A program made the position numbers and the translations under genes. Below are positions 41,661-49,987 of a DNA stretch of 64,000 bases, one piece after another. Location: positions 1-64,000 of the forward strand of contig CALSSJ010000022.1 in NCBI GenBank assembly GCA_943788985.1. The letters are read 5' to 3'. The notes below the pieces were generated by a model, which saw nothing but the letters and a program-made list of their open reading frames with translations, was not told the origin of the DNA and did no database searches. Numbering within the stretch: position 1 is the first letter of the stretch; each line of letters opens with the position of its first letter. Source of the stretch: an uncultured Lentisphaerales bacterium. GTDB taxonomy: Bacteria > Verrucomicrobiota > Lentisphaeria > JABSQK01 > UBA12247.

Positions 41661-42206
41661 TACTACGCACGCTCGAATGTCGCGGTCCTTGACCTTCTAC
41701 AACAGGATCACATGGTGGGGCCAAGGCGGGCTCCAGGAGCGCTGCGAACTGCATTGAGCAATTGGCGTTTGTACAATTGCGCGTGTCTCCTGGTCGGGCT
41801 CTGCCAGTGCGGCATACTCACGATAAAAGGAGAGCATCAACTAACCTAATGTTTCGCTCTGAAAACCCTTTGACTTCGGGCAGTTTATTACGAATGGCGC
41901 CGGACAGCGCGGCTCTGTCCTGTCTGGGTGTGGGCCTTGACCGCGACGTCGAGGGAGGGGGAGTCGCTGGGGATGGGCTCGTGTAACGTATGATTCAAAA
42001 TATGGATTAGCAGCGATTTTATAAGCTGTTCACGCTTGCAGGCGCGCCAAAGATCGGAAGCCCGCAAAACACGCGAAAATGATAGCTGAGTATGCCTTAT
42101 TGCTGATTTTCTAATGTTGCCGCAGATTGCGGCAGAATTACGGAAATGTCACAATAGGACCAATGACTAGCGATCGTCTTTGTGGGCGCGTGCTTTTCGG
42201 CCGATC

Positions 42207-44915
42207 TTAGTCGTCGAGCAGGCTGGCCATGTCGCTGAGGCTGAGTCCGGGAGGAAGTGCGGTCGCGCCATCGATTACTTCTGCGAAGAGGGCGCGTTTC
42301 TCTTGCTGGAGTTTGAGCACGCGTTCTTCGACCGAGTCGGCGGTTGCGAGGCGATAGGCGACGACGGGCTTGTCCTGGCCAATCCGGTGCGCACGGTCGA
42401 TGGCCTGTTGTTCGACCGCTGGGTTCCACCAGGGATCGTAGAGGAAGACGTAGTCTGCCTTGGTCAAGGTGAGCCCGGTGCCCGCTGCGCGGAGGCTGAG
42501 GAGGAAGACCATCGGGATGTCGGCCTTGGTGAAGGTCTCGATGCGCTTCTGGCGCACCGCAGCGGGCGTATCGCCGGTGATAATCTGGTAGGGAATATGG
42601 GCGGCCTTGAGCGCTGCTTCGATGATGTGCAGCATCTTGACAAACTGGCTGAAGACGAGCGAGGAATGACCAGCATCGCGAAGCTCCTCCAGGCGCTCCA
42701 TGAGCACCCCGAGTTTTGCGGACTCCGCAGCAGCAAGTGATCCGCTGACGAGGGCGGGATGACAGCAAATCTGACGTAGCCGCGTGAGTTGGGCAAAGAC
42801 CTGCATTGGGCCACCGCCTTCTTCGCGCGCTCGGCGGCGAGTTTCGTCGTAGAGCCGGCGCTGTTGATCGGTCATCGGTACGGTGAGGAGTTCCTCGGTT
42901 CGGGCGGGAAGATCCGGGGCGACCTCTTCCTTGGTGCGCCGCAGGATCAGCGGTGCGAGTTGCTTCTGTAGTCGCACGCGGTTGCGTGCGGAGAACGTAT
43001 ACTCATCCTCAAAATCTCGCTGCCTTCCTAGGTAGCCGGGGTTGAGCAGGTCGATCAGGCTCCAGAGATCGCGAAGGCGGTTCTCGAGCGGCGTGCCGGT
43101 GACCGCCACACGCCCTGCCGCTGGCAGCGCCCGGGCGGCGATACTTACCGCGGCATCTGGATTCTTGAGTTGCTGTGCTTCGTCGAAGATTGCCAGATCC
43201 CATTGCGAAGTTCGCAACGCTTGGATGTCGTTGCGCATGACGGCGTAGGTGCAAATCAGCAGCTGATTCGAGGAATCCGCTAGGGCTTGTTTCCGCTGTT
43301 CCGGGGACCCGACCAGCGACTGGACCTTCAAGCTGGGCGTAAAGCGCTGGCTTTCTTGTTGCCAGACACCGACCACGGAGGCCGGGCAAACGACTAGCCC
43401 GCGCCAGCCTGCTCGGGCCACGGCTTGGACGTAGGCCAGAATCTGCACAGTCTTGCCCAGGCCCATGTCATCGGCCAAGAGACAGGAGACGCTGGCGGCG
43501 AGTCTACTGCGGAGAAATTGACAGCCCGCCAGCTGATAGCTGCGCAGTTCGCCTGCGAACTCGGCAAGCGGTGCAAACTCCGTAATTTCTGGTTGGGCGG
43601 CTGCTTGCTTAAGGAGGGCCTTGGCGGTTTGCGAACTCCGCAACCTGGGGAGCTCGACGAGTGCTCGACTGACCGCACTAAGCTCGGTGCGGGCGACGCG
43701 CTGTTTGCCCATGCGCAGGCCGCTGGTGGCGATCTGCTTACGGAACAAGTGCACGGCTTCATTGGAAAGGCGCAACCAAGCGCCTTCAGCGCTGCGAAAG
43801 CAGGTCTGGCCGCGCTCGGTGGCTTGGCTGAGTTGCTCGGGGGTGAGTGAAATGCCAGCGGCCTCGGCGGTTATTTGCAGGTCGCACCAGGCTGCGCTCT
43901 CGACTGCCATCACACCGGCGGTAAGCGCGGCATCGCCTTGGGTAAAGGCAGTCAGCCCGGGCGTGCTGCGCACGGAGACGGAGTCGGGCAGGGCGTCGAG
44001 AGCTGTGCCGAAGCGGTGAAGGCGATCGACGTCACCGGCGATGCGAAACTTGTTTCGGTCGACGGTCGCTCCCGCGGAGTTAAGCGCCTCTGCTACGCTT
44101 GCGAGGTCCGCAGATTCGTAGCTCAAAACTTGGAAGCGCTCGCGGCCGTTCTTTAGGATGCGTACGTCTTGGAGGTCGGGGCGTACGGGCCGCGCCGCGC
44201 CGACATGAACCTCGGCGCAAATGTCCGCGCCATCTTCTTCGAGCACGAGGACGGTCTTGGCCTGGCGGCGATCGTGGACCACATCTCCTGCGACGAGATC
44301 GAGCCTGCCGTTGAGAATACCCGGGAGATTGGTGACGAGCTTTTGGGTGTCTACGACCGGGTCCTGCTTAGCAAAGAGCTGATCGACCAGCTCTCGCGGG
44401 ATGGGGAAGTCGATGGTGAGCGTCCGGCCATCGACAGCGTAGCGGGCCTGCTTGCCCTTTGGGACGAAGCGGAGGCTATGATAGGGATACCGCGATTTAT
44501 CCGGAAGCACCGCCACGGCATGCAGCTGGGTCTTGTTGCCGCGGTGGTCTAGCGGGAACAGCAGGGTTGCGGACTCCGCAGATTGCGCGGCGCTGGCCTT
44601 GGTGGCACGATCGATGAAGCGATCGGGAGTATCGGCGAAGCGTGTCAGCCAGCCCTCGAAGGTGGGGATTGGCACTTTCAGCGCTTTGAGATTGGCCTTC
44701 AATATATGCGGCTTGCTGACGATCGTCCAGAGCAACTTGACCAGGGTCTCATCCTCTGGGCGCAAGCCTTGATCTTTTCCCCAGCGGGCGCGCTGGCCAA
44801 AATTATAGAGCTGTTGGACTGAAAGATTCGTCCGTTCCGTGGTCTCTACGCGGAATATCCAGCATGTGATCATGCCTCGTGCATGCGTGTGATCAATCTC
44901 AACTTCGAGTCGCAT
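42207..44915 (-). CDS. SNF2-family ATP-dependent helicase/translocase
   Basis: LRSYQ, LADDMGLGKT, VVCPASV, DEAQQLKN, TGTPLEN, ILRRTK, LVFSQF, GTGLTLT, DPWWNPAVEQQAIDRAHRIGQ. Confidence 0.93.
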   Translation of the reverse strand: MRLEVEIDHTHARGMITCWIFRVETTERTNLSVQQLYNFGQRARWGKDQGLRPEDETLVKLLWTIVSKPHILKANLKALKVPIPTFEGWLTRFADTPDRFIDRATKASAAQSAESATLLFPLDHRGNKTQLHAVAVLPDKSRYPYHSLRFVPKGKQARYAVDGRTLTIDFPIPRELVDQLFAKQDPVVDTQKLVTNLPGILNGRLDLVAGDVVHDRRQAKTVLVLEEDGADICAEVHVGAARPVRPDLQDVRILKNGRERFQVLSYESADLASVAEALNSAGATVDRNKFRIAGDVDRLHRFGTALDALPDSVSVRSTPGLTAFTQGDAALTAGVMAVESAAWCDLQITAEAAGISLTPEQLSQATERGQTCFRSAEGAWLRLSNEAVHLFRKQIATSGLRMGKQRVARTELSAVSRALVELPRLRSSQTAKALLKQAAAQPEITEFAPLAEFAGELRSYQLAGCQFLRSRLAASVSCLLADDMGLGKTVQILAYVQAVARAGWRGLVVCPASVVGVWQQESQRFTPSLKVQSLVGSPEQRKQALADSSNQLLICTYAVMRNDIQALRTSQWDLAIFDEAQQLKNPDAAVSIAARALPAAGRVAVTGTPLENRLRDLWSLIDLLNPGYLGRQRDFEDEYTFSARNRVRLQKQLAPLILRRTKEEVAPDLPARTEELLTVPMTDQQRRLYDETRRRAREEGGGPMQVFAQLTRLRQICCHPALVSGSLAAAESAKLGVLMERLEELRDAGHSSLVFSQFVKMLHIIEAALKAAHIPYQIITGDTPAAVRQKRIETFTKADIPMVFLLSLRAAGTGLTLTKADYVFLYDPWWNPAVEQQAIDRAHRIGQDKPVVAYRLATADSVEERVLKLQQEKRALFAEVIDGATALPPGLSLSDMASLLDD

Positions 44916-44936
44916 CCAGTTCTAGTCTCTCATCTA

Positions 44937-44965
44937 TTGGCGCTCTCGCGACGCCGGATTATAGT
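44937..44965 (+). promoter_or_regulatory. Sigma70-like promoter of tRNA-Gln and possibly the downstream operon
   Basis: TTGGCG-17 bp-TATAGT, ending 16 bp before the tRNA. Confidence 0.55.
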
Positions 44966-44981
44966 ACGCACTCGCCGGATT

Positions 44982-45055
44982 TACCCCATGGTGTAACGGT
45001 AGCACAACTGGTTTTGATCCAGTCAGCCTAGGTTCGAATCCTAGTGGGGTAGCCA
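44982..45055 (+). tRNA. tRNA-Gln (TTG)
   Basis: Acceptor TACCCCA/TGGGGTA, D-arm GTGTAACGGTAGCAC, anticodon arm ACTGG-TTTTGAT-CCAGT, T-arm CTAGG-TTCGAAT-CCTAG, encoded CCA. Confidence 0.95.
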
Positions 45056-45122
45056 TACATCCTATTCTGGCGTTCGCAACGCCCGCCGGATGAATCCGCA
45101 GCAGCAGGAATATGAGCGTTCG

Positions 45123-45839
45123 ATGCCCCATACCCGCATGACCTTGACTGAGGCAGCTGGCTATCTGCACCTGGCAGAATCCGAAGTGCTGGCGCTGTTC
45201 CGCAACAACGAAATTCCCGCTATTCCCGGGCCCTCTCCGGTTTTCATGAAGCAGGAGCTGCATGACTGGCTGGCGCGCAAGCTACTTGGGGCGGAACAGA
45301 AGCCGATCGTGGCTTATCACACGAGTGCGGGCCGGATTTTTGAACCGCTGCCGCAGGTAGAGCGGCCCTTCGTTTCTACGTTTATTCTGCCGGAATGCAT
45401 CGCTCTGAATGTCTCCGCAAAGTCGAAGACGCGCGTGCTGCGGGAGCTGGTGAAGCTGGCAGCACAGAGCAATCTTGTCTCGGATGATGAGGAGTTTATG
45501 GGCTTGGTAGAGGAGCGAGAGTCGCTTTGTTCGACCGCTTTAGGCCATGGCGTGGCGATGCCGCATTCGCGCGTTCATGATGAGTATCTTATTTTCGAAA
45601 CCTTCATGGTGGTCATGATTCTCGAGACTCCGATCCACTTCGGCGCGGATGATAATCAACCGACGGACGTGTTCCTGATGCCGTGTGCTCACGATGACCG
45701 GATTCACCTTTACATGATTGCACGTTTGGCGCGGCTGCTCCATGATACGGCCATCGCTACGGACCTGCGCGCGTGCGAGGATGCGGAAGATGTCATTGGC
45801 GTATTTCGTGCCCATGAATGCGAGTTTGCAGGGGTGTAA
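45123..45839 (+). CDS. ptsN: PTS EIIA (PtsN-like) with N-terminal excisionase-type HTH
   Basis: MTLTEAAGYLHL...IPA...ELHDW HTH; ERESLCSTALGHGVAMPHSR phospho-His motif; PIHFGADD; an upstream ATG at 45090 is also possible. Confidence 0.8.
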   Translation: MPHTRMTLTEAAGYLHLAESEVLALFRNNEIPAIPGPSPVFMKQELHDWLARKLLGAEQKPIVAYHTSAGRIFEPLPQVERPFVSTFILPECIALNVSAKSKTRVLRELVKLAAQSNLVSDDEEFMGLVEERESLCSTALGHGVAMPHSRVHDEYLIFETFMVVMILETPIHFGADDNQPTDVFLMPCAHDDRIHLYMIARLARLLHDTAIATDLRACEDAEDVIGVFRAHECEFAGV

Positions 45840-45855
45840 CACTGGGGTTTCAGGC

Positions 45856-47556
45856 ATGGCAAAACAACAACTTGAGATCCGTAAGCAGGCAGCAGCCGCG
45901 TCGACTCCCGATGTGTCTGCAATAGAGTCGCGCCTGAGCGAGATCGAAGGGGCGCTGGACAGCCTTACGTGCAAAGCCAAACGGCTCGATCAGGAGCGGC
46001 AGACGTACCGTGACGCGGTGAGTGCCCTGAGGGACTCGGTGGTTCGTTCGCTAGCAGCGCTGGATGCGGTGAGCTTTCATGCCGAGCTTGGCGAAGAGAT
46101 TTCGCAGCTGCGTGCTGCGCAACGGGCGCTGATGTCCGAGCTTCGGCCTTCGAGCGAAACGGACGAGTCGCCGACTGTGGGCGAGTTGACAATGGGCTCG
46201 ATGATTCAGGTCGAGGCGCCGATTCCGGACGATGATCATCCGACCGTGGGGGATCTCGAAGAGGAACGGTTGGATTCGGACCAGGCGACAACGGTGGACG
46301 AGCTCCGCCTTTCCGAGGTGTATAAACGCCTCGGGAATTCAAGTGCGGCCGTGGCCAAGGGCCCGCCGCGCTCGAGCGCGGGCTCTGCCTGCAAGTCACA
46401 GCTTAAGGCGCTGTTGAACGCCTCGGAAAAATTGCACCAGACGCGGAAGATGCCGCTGTCCGGAACGGTCATCGACCTGCAATTTATCGCCGAGTTGTAC
46501 GATCGCTCCCTGTCGGTCTTGGAAGAATTTCTGATCGTGCACGACGAGAACAAACGGATGGCGCGGCGGATTTTTGATGACGAGCCGCGGTCTTGTCAGC
46601 AGGCCAAGGTAGCGGAGTTCTGGGCCGGACAGCCGACCGAGCAGTACCGGCATTACCGCTCACAGGCGGTGATCGACAAGGTGTTTGATTTTATCGAGGA
46701 CCAGATTAACCACTTTCATGCGTTCAGCTATTACGAACTCATTGACGTTCTGGCAGCGACGGTGAACGTGCAGCGCATCGCACCCCGTGCGGGCGACCTG
46801 TTCGACGAGAGTGTGCACAAGACCCAGGGCGTGAGCCCAGCGCCAGGTTGCGTGGTAAAGGAAATTACCAGTTCGGGGTATCTGGATCTACAAGACAGCA
46901 TTCCAGCGCGGCGGGCGACCGTGACTGTGGATGCCCCGCGCAAAGCGGCCGCGCTTGCCCCGAGCGCTTTCGTGGAGTCGGCTTCGCGAGAAGTGCCGCC
47001 GCATCCTGAGGTAGAGCGTTGCCATAAAAGAGTTATTGGCCTTAAGCTGGCGTTGTTGAAGATGCTGAACGCGAGCAATACGGAGCTCCTCGAGCCACTT
47101 CCCGCTGAAGTTAAGGCCATGATTCACTTAAAATGTAACGAGTACCACAAGCGTTTCCGTGAGTTGCACGCGAAGCATCGCGAGCAAGCGCAGCAGCGGT
47201 ATGAGCGGCTTGAAAAAGGCGGGCGCGCGGATCTAGGCATGTTCTGGGATGACGAGGTGGTCTCGGAGTATAGACGCTACGCGACGATGGGGTTCATGGA
47301 AGATGTGCTCGACCCCGTGGAAGATCAGATTCTCGCTGTGCGCAAGATTGACGCCCTACACATTCTGGATCTGCTGGCGTGGGAAATGGACTTGGTGCGG
47401 CTGCCGATCCAGTTTGGCAAGACAAAGTTCGATCCGATAGTTCATGACGGCCCGGCCGCGAACGACGCTGGTTGCGTAGTGCTCGGCCTGATTCGCTCCG
47501 GATACGACGCGGCGGACGGGGAGCGGCTCTACCGCAAGGCCACCGTTACCCTTTGA
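45856..47556 (+). CDS. Hypothetical protein: coiled coil + Thr-motif linker + two tandem GrpE-like domains
   Basis: Two ~180-aa repeats ending in FD..VH...GCVV..I.SGY...R.ATVT. Confidence 0.7.
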   Translation: MAKQQLEIRKQAAAASTPDVSAIESRLSEIEGALDSLTCKAKRLDQERQTYRDAVSALRDSVVRSLAALDAVSFHAELGEEISQLRAAQRALMSELRPSSETDESPTVGELTMGSMIQVEAPIPDDDHPTVGDLEEERLDSDQATTVDELRLSEVYKRLGNSSAAVAKGPPRSSAGSACKSQLKALLNASEKLHQTRKMPLSGTVIDLQFIAELYDRSLSVLEEFLIVHDENKRMARRIFDDEPRSCQQAKVAEFWAGQPTEQYRHYRSQAVIDKVFDFIEDQINHFHAFSYYELIDVLAATVNVQRIAPRAGDLFDESVHKTQGVSPAPGCVVKEITSSGYLDLQDSIPARRATVTVDAPRKAAALAPSAFVESASREVPPHPEVERCHKRVIGLKLALLKMLNASNTELLEPLPAEVKAMIHLKCNEYHKRFRELHAKHREQAQQRYERLEKGGRADLGMFWDDEVVSEYRRYATMGFMEDVLDPVEDQILAVRKIDALHILDLLAWEMDLVRLPIQFGKTKFDPIVHDGPAANDAGCVVLGLIRSGYDAADGERLYRKATVTL

Positions 47557-47583
47557 GTCTCGGGCTATCGCACTGGCTAAGCT

Positions 47584-48420
47584 ATGACTGAGGACGACCC
47601 AGATCGTGACCCAGATCTTGATCTTGACCTGTCAGAGTTGCCCGTTGCAGTTGGGCAGCCAGAGGACGCTATGCTGGTGGACTTGGTCGAGGTCCCGCCG
47701 GGCTACTTTCAGCTCACCCGTTCGGCAACGTATTGCTTTCTGGCAGCCTTGCCGTTGCTGGTCGCGTATGAGCTATTGATCATCTTGGCCAATCGGACCC
47801 GGGTGCAGCAGGTGCGCGTGGGGGCCGACGTCTGGACCAAGCAAATCTTGGAGGCCGCCGGAGTGACGACCCACGCGACTCTGGCGACTACGGCTCTGGC
47901 CGTAGGGGTAATTGCAATTCTCTGTGACAGTCATCGCCGTGTAGAACTGCGGCCGTACTATTTCGCCGGGATGTTTCTGGAGAGCATTCTGTACGCCATC
48001 GGCATGGCCTATGTGGTCTTCAAGCTTGTCTATTCTGTTCTACCAGCAGTGCTGCCAAGTGTTGCCATCGGTGCGGGGGACGGCTTCATTCTCAGTCTGG
48101 CGCTGTCGCTGGGCGCGGGCCTGTATGAAGAGCTGTTTTTCCGGGTGTTGCTGTTTGGGGGGATCGCAGCGCTGCTGCGATTGTTCCTAAAGAAGCGTAG
48201 AGCGCTTGTGGTTGCCGCAATTGTGAGCTCTCTTATCTTCAGTGGGATTCATTATATAGGGGAGTTTGCGTATGTCCTTGAGCTGCAATCATTTCTGTTT
48301 CGGTTCTTGTTGGGCATCGTGCTCACCGGGATTTACTACGCGCGTGGTTTTGCGGTCGCCGCCTGGTCGCATGCGTTGTATGACGTGCTGGTTATCTTTG
48401 TGAATCACAATGCAAACTGA
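47584..48420 (+). CDS. CPBP (Abi/Rce1-like) intramembrane glutamic endopeptidase
   Basis: AGLYEELFFR, FSGIHY, HALYD; multiple TM helices; acidic N-terminal tail. Confidence 0.88.
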   Translation: MTEDDPDRDPDLDLDLSELPVAVGQPEDAMLVDLVEVPPGYFQLTRSATYCFLAALPLLVAYELLIILANRTRVQQVRVGADVWTKQILEAAGVTTHATLATTALAVGVIAILCDSHRRVELRPYYFAGMFLESILYAIGMAYVVFKLVYSVLPAVLPSVAIGAGDGFILSLALSLGAGLYEELFFRVLLFGGIAALLRLFLKKRRALVVAAIVSSLIFSGIHYIGEFAYVLELQSFLFRFLLGIVLTGIYYARGFAVAAWSHALYDVLVIFVNHNAN

Positions 48421-49903
48421 CTTCGCTCGCTTCTCCGAAGCGTTTAGCACACAGAATGCCGACATTGTGGATGGCCTGGAGGAGGCGCTCTACGCCTACA
48501 CGGCCAGCCACCAGATCACCTTTGCCGAAGCGGTCGAGTTTGGCGGGCAGGTCGTCCAGGCATTCCAAGAGTCGGCTATAGTGAAGGCCCGGACCCTGGT
48601 GCTGAATCAGTATCTGGCGCAAATTGAGCGGATTGCCCCCGCCCGGCTTACGGCCTCGACTTCGTCGACCGTAGCGCTGGTATCACGGCAGCTCTACAGC
48701 GCCGATGAGTGGGCCGCTCTCAATGTGCCCGGCGCGATTCCCGATGACATCGTGCACGCAGCGGAGGCGGCGCAGAATCGCAACGTTGCTGTGCGCACTG
48801 TGCTGGAGGCTCTATTTCGCTGGCTACAATCGATCGACCTGGAGGCGGCGCTTGCTTGGGAGCTGGAGTTGGTGAAGGATAAAGAGGTGGACCCGGACTT
48901 GGGACGGGACCTGCTGCAAGCCTGGGAGCTGCTGGATGGGCTGCCAGTTGGTTGCCTTAAATTTGCCGCAGATGCCGCCGGAGATCCGCAGGTGCAGCGC
49001 CAATGGCCTGCGGTCTGTGCCGCGGCGGACCGAGTTCTGCGGCGGCACGCGCTGCAGTGGATTGTTGAGAGCGAGACGCCTCGCGAACTCCGCAGTCTGG
49101 TTCGCGCGATTCCCCTGCAGGAGGAGCTGGAGCTGCGTGCGGCTCTGGCCGTGGCGATCGAAGGCTTGGGTGCGCGCGTGACGTATTTCTCGAGTCTGGC
49201 CACGCGCGATGAGGAGATGGTTGCGAAGTTCGCACCGGTTTTGGGCCGGGAGTTTCTTGGAATTATGGGGCTGTTTGTGCCGTTGATGGTCGCGGCAGAT
49301 ATCATCCTGACGTCTCCCGATGGTGCGCACGGCTTTGCCCTGTCGGTCTTTGGCTTTAGCGATCGGGCCCGCAAGAACTGGAAGGCACGACTGGAGGAGC
49401 GCGCGGTGGAGGCGGTTCGCCGGGCGTTCATGTTTGACCTAAAAAATAAGCGCAAGCCGATCCAAACGATCGAGCGGCTCTCGTTCGGGGATGAGGCGCT
49501 GATGGCATCTGCGAAAGGTATGCTCGACCTGCTGAGTGGGGACTTCGATAATATCAAGGATCGCGAGGGGGCGGTGGAGGTGTTGGCCCCTGCCTACGCA
49601 GATTCGCGTGAACCGGCGTTGCGTGCGACCGAGATTGGCCGCCGCTATCGCAGCTTGATGCGTGCGTTGCATCCGGATTCTTTGGCGCATATTCTCCCCG
49701 CAGACGTGCTGCAGACGGCCCAGGAAAAGCAGGAGACGATCCAGAATCTGACCACCATCGCAACGGAGTCCCGGCGGTTTCTGCAGCAGCGCCGTGCGGA
49801 GTACGCAACGACCGAAGCGATGATCGCGAGCGAGACGGGCTATTGCGAGTCGATTCGGGCCATACGCCTCTCTTACATTCGCGGAGTTCTCGATGTGCCG
49901 TAG
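48410..49903 (+). CDS. Hypothetical soluble helical protein
   Basis: 497-aa ORF overlapping the CPBP stop; Ala/Leu/Glu/Arg-rich; no recognisable motif. Confidence 0.7.
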   Translation: MQTDFARFSEAFSTQNADIVDGLEEALYAYTASHQITFAEAVEFGGQVVQAFQESAIVKARTLVLNQYLAQIERIAPARLTASTSSTVALVSRQLYSADEWAALNVPGAIPDDIVHAAEAAQNRNVAVRTVLEALFRWLQSIDLEAALAWELELVKDKEVDPDLGRDLLQAWELLDGLPVGCLKFAADAAGDPQVQRQWPAVCAAADRVLRRHALQWIVESETPRELRSLVRAIPLQEELELRAALAVAIEGLGARVTYFSSLATRDEEMVAKFAPVLGREFLGIMGLFVPLMVAADIILTSPDGAHGFALSVFGFSDRARKNWKARLEERAVEAVRRAFMFDLKNKRKPIQTIERLSFGDEALMASAKGMLDLLSGDFDNIKDREGAVEVLAPAYADSREPALRATEIGRRYRSLMRALHPDSLAHILPADVLQTAQEKQETIQNLTTIATESRRFLQQRRAEYATTEAMIASETGYCESIRAIRLSYIRGVLDVP

Positions 49904-49987
49904 AATCCGCATGTACTTTTCGCGCGCGGGAGGCATCACCCGTGCTACTTTACTCAATTACAGGTGAATCAGGACGCGGGAACGACT

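Noticed and set aside
42118..42134. TGCCGCA-GAT-TGCGGCA hairpin as the SNF2 terminator
   Set aside because: 7-bp stem without a U-tract on the minus strand; insufficient support
42207..44915. SNF2 helicase plus DUF1016 as a defence system
   Set aside because: The DUF1016 is a broken fragment about 550 bp away; no methylase, nuclease or other defence partner is adjacent
44982..45055. tRNA-Gln as an island integration site
   Set aside because: No integrase and no duplicated tRNA 3' end seen in the window
48694..49557. Long antisense ORFs (e.g. 48694-49557, 3086-3958, 58689-59480)
   Set aside because: Shadow ORFs typical of GC-rich coding DNA; no motifs, and they overlap better-supported genes
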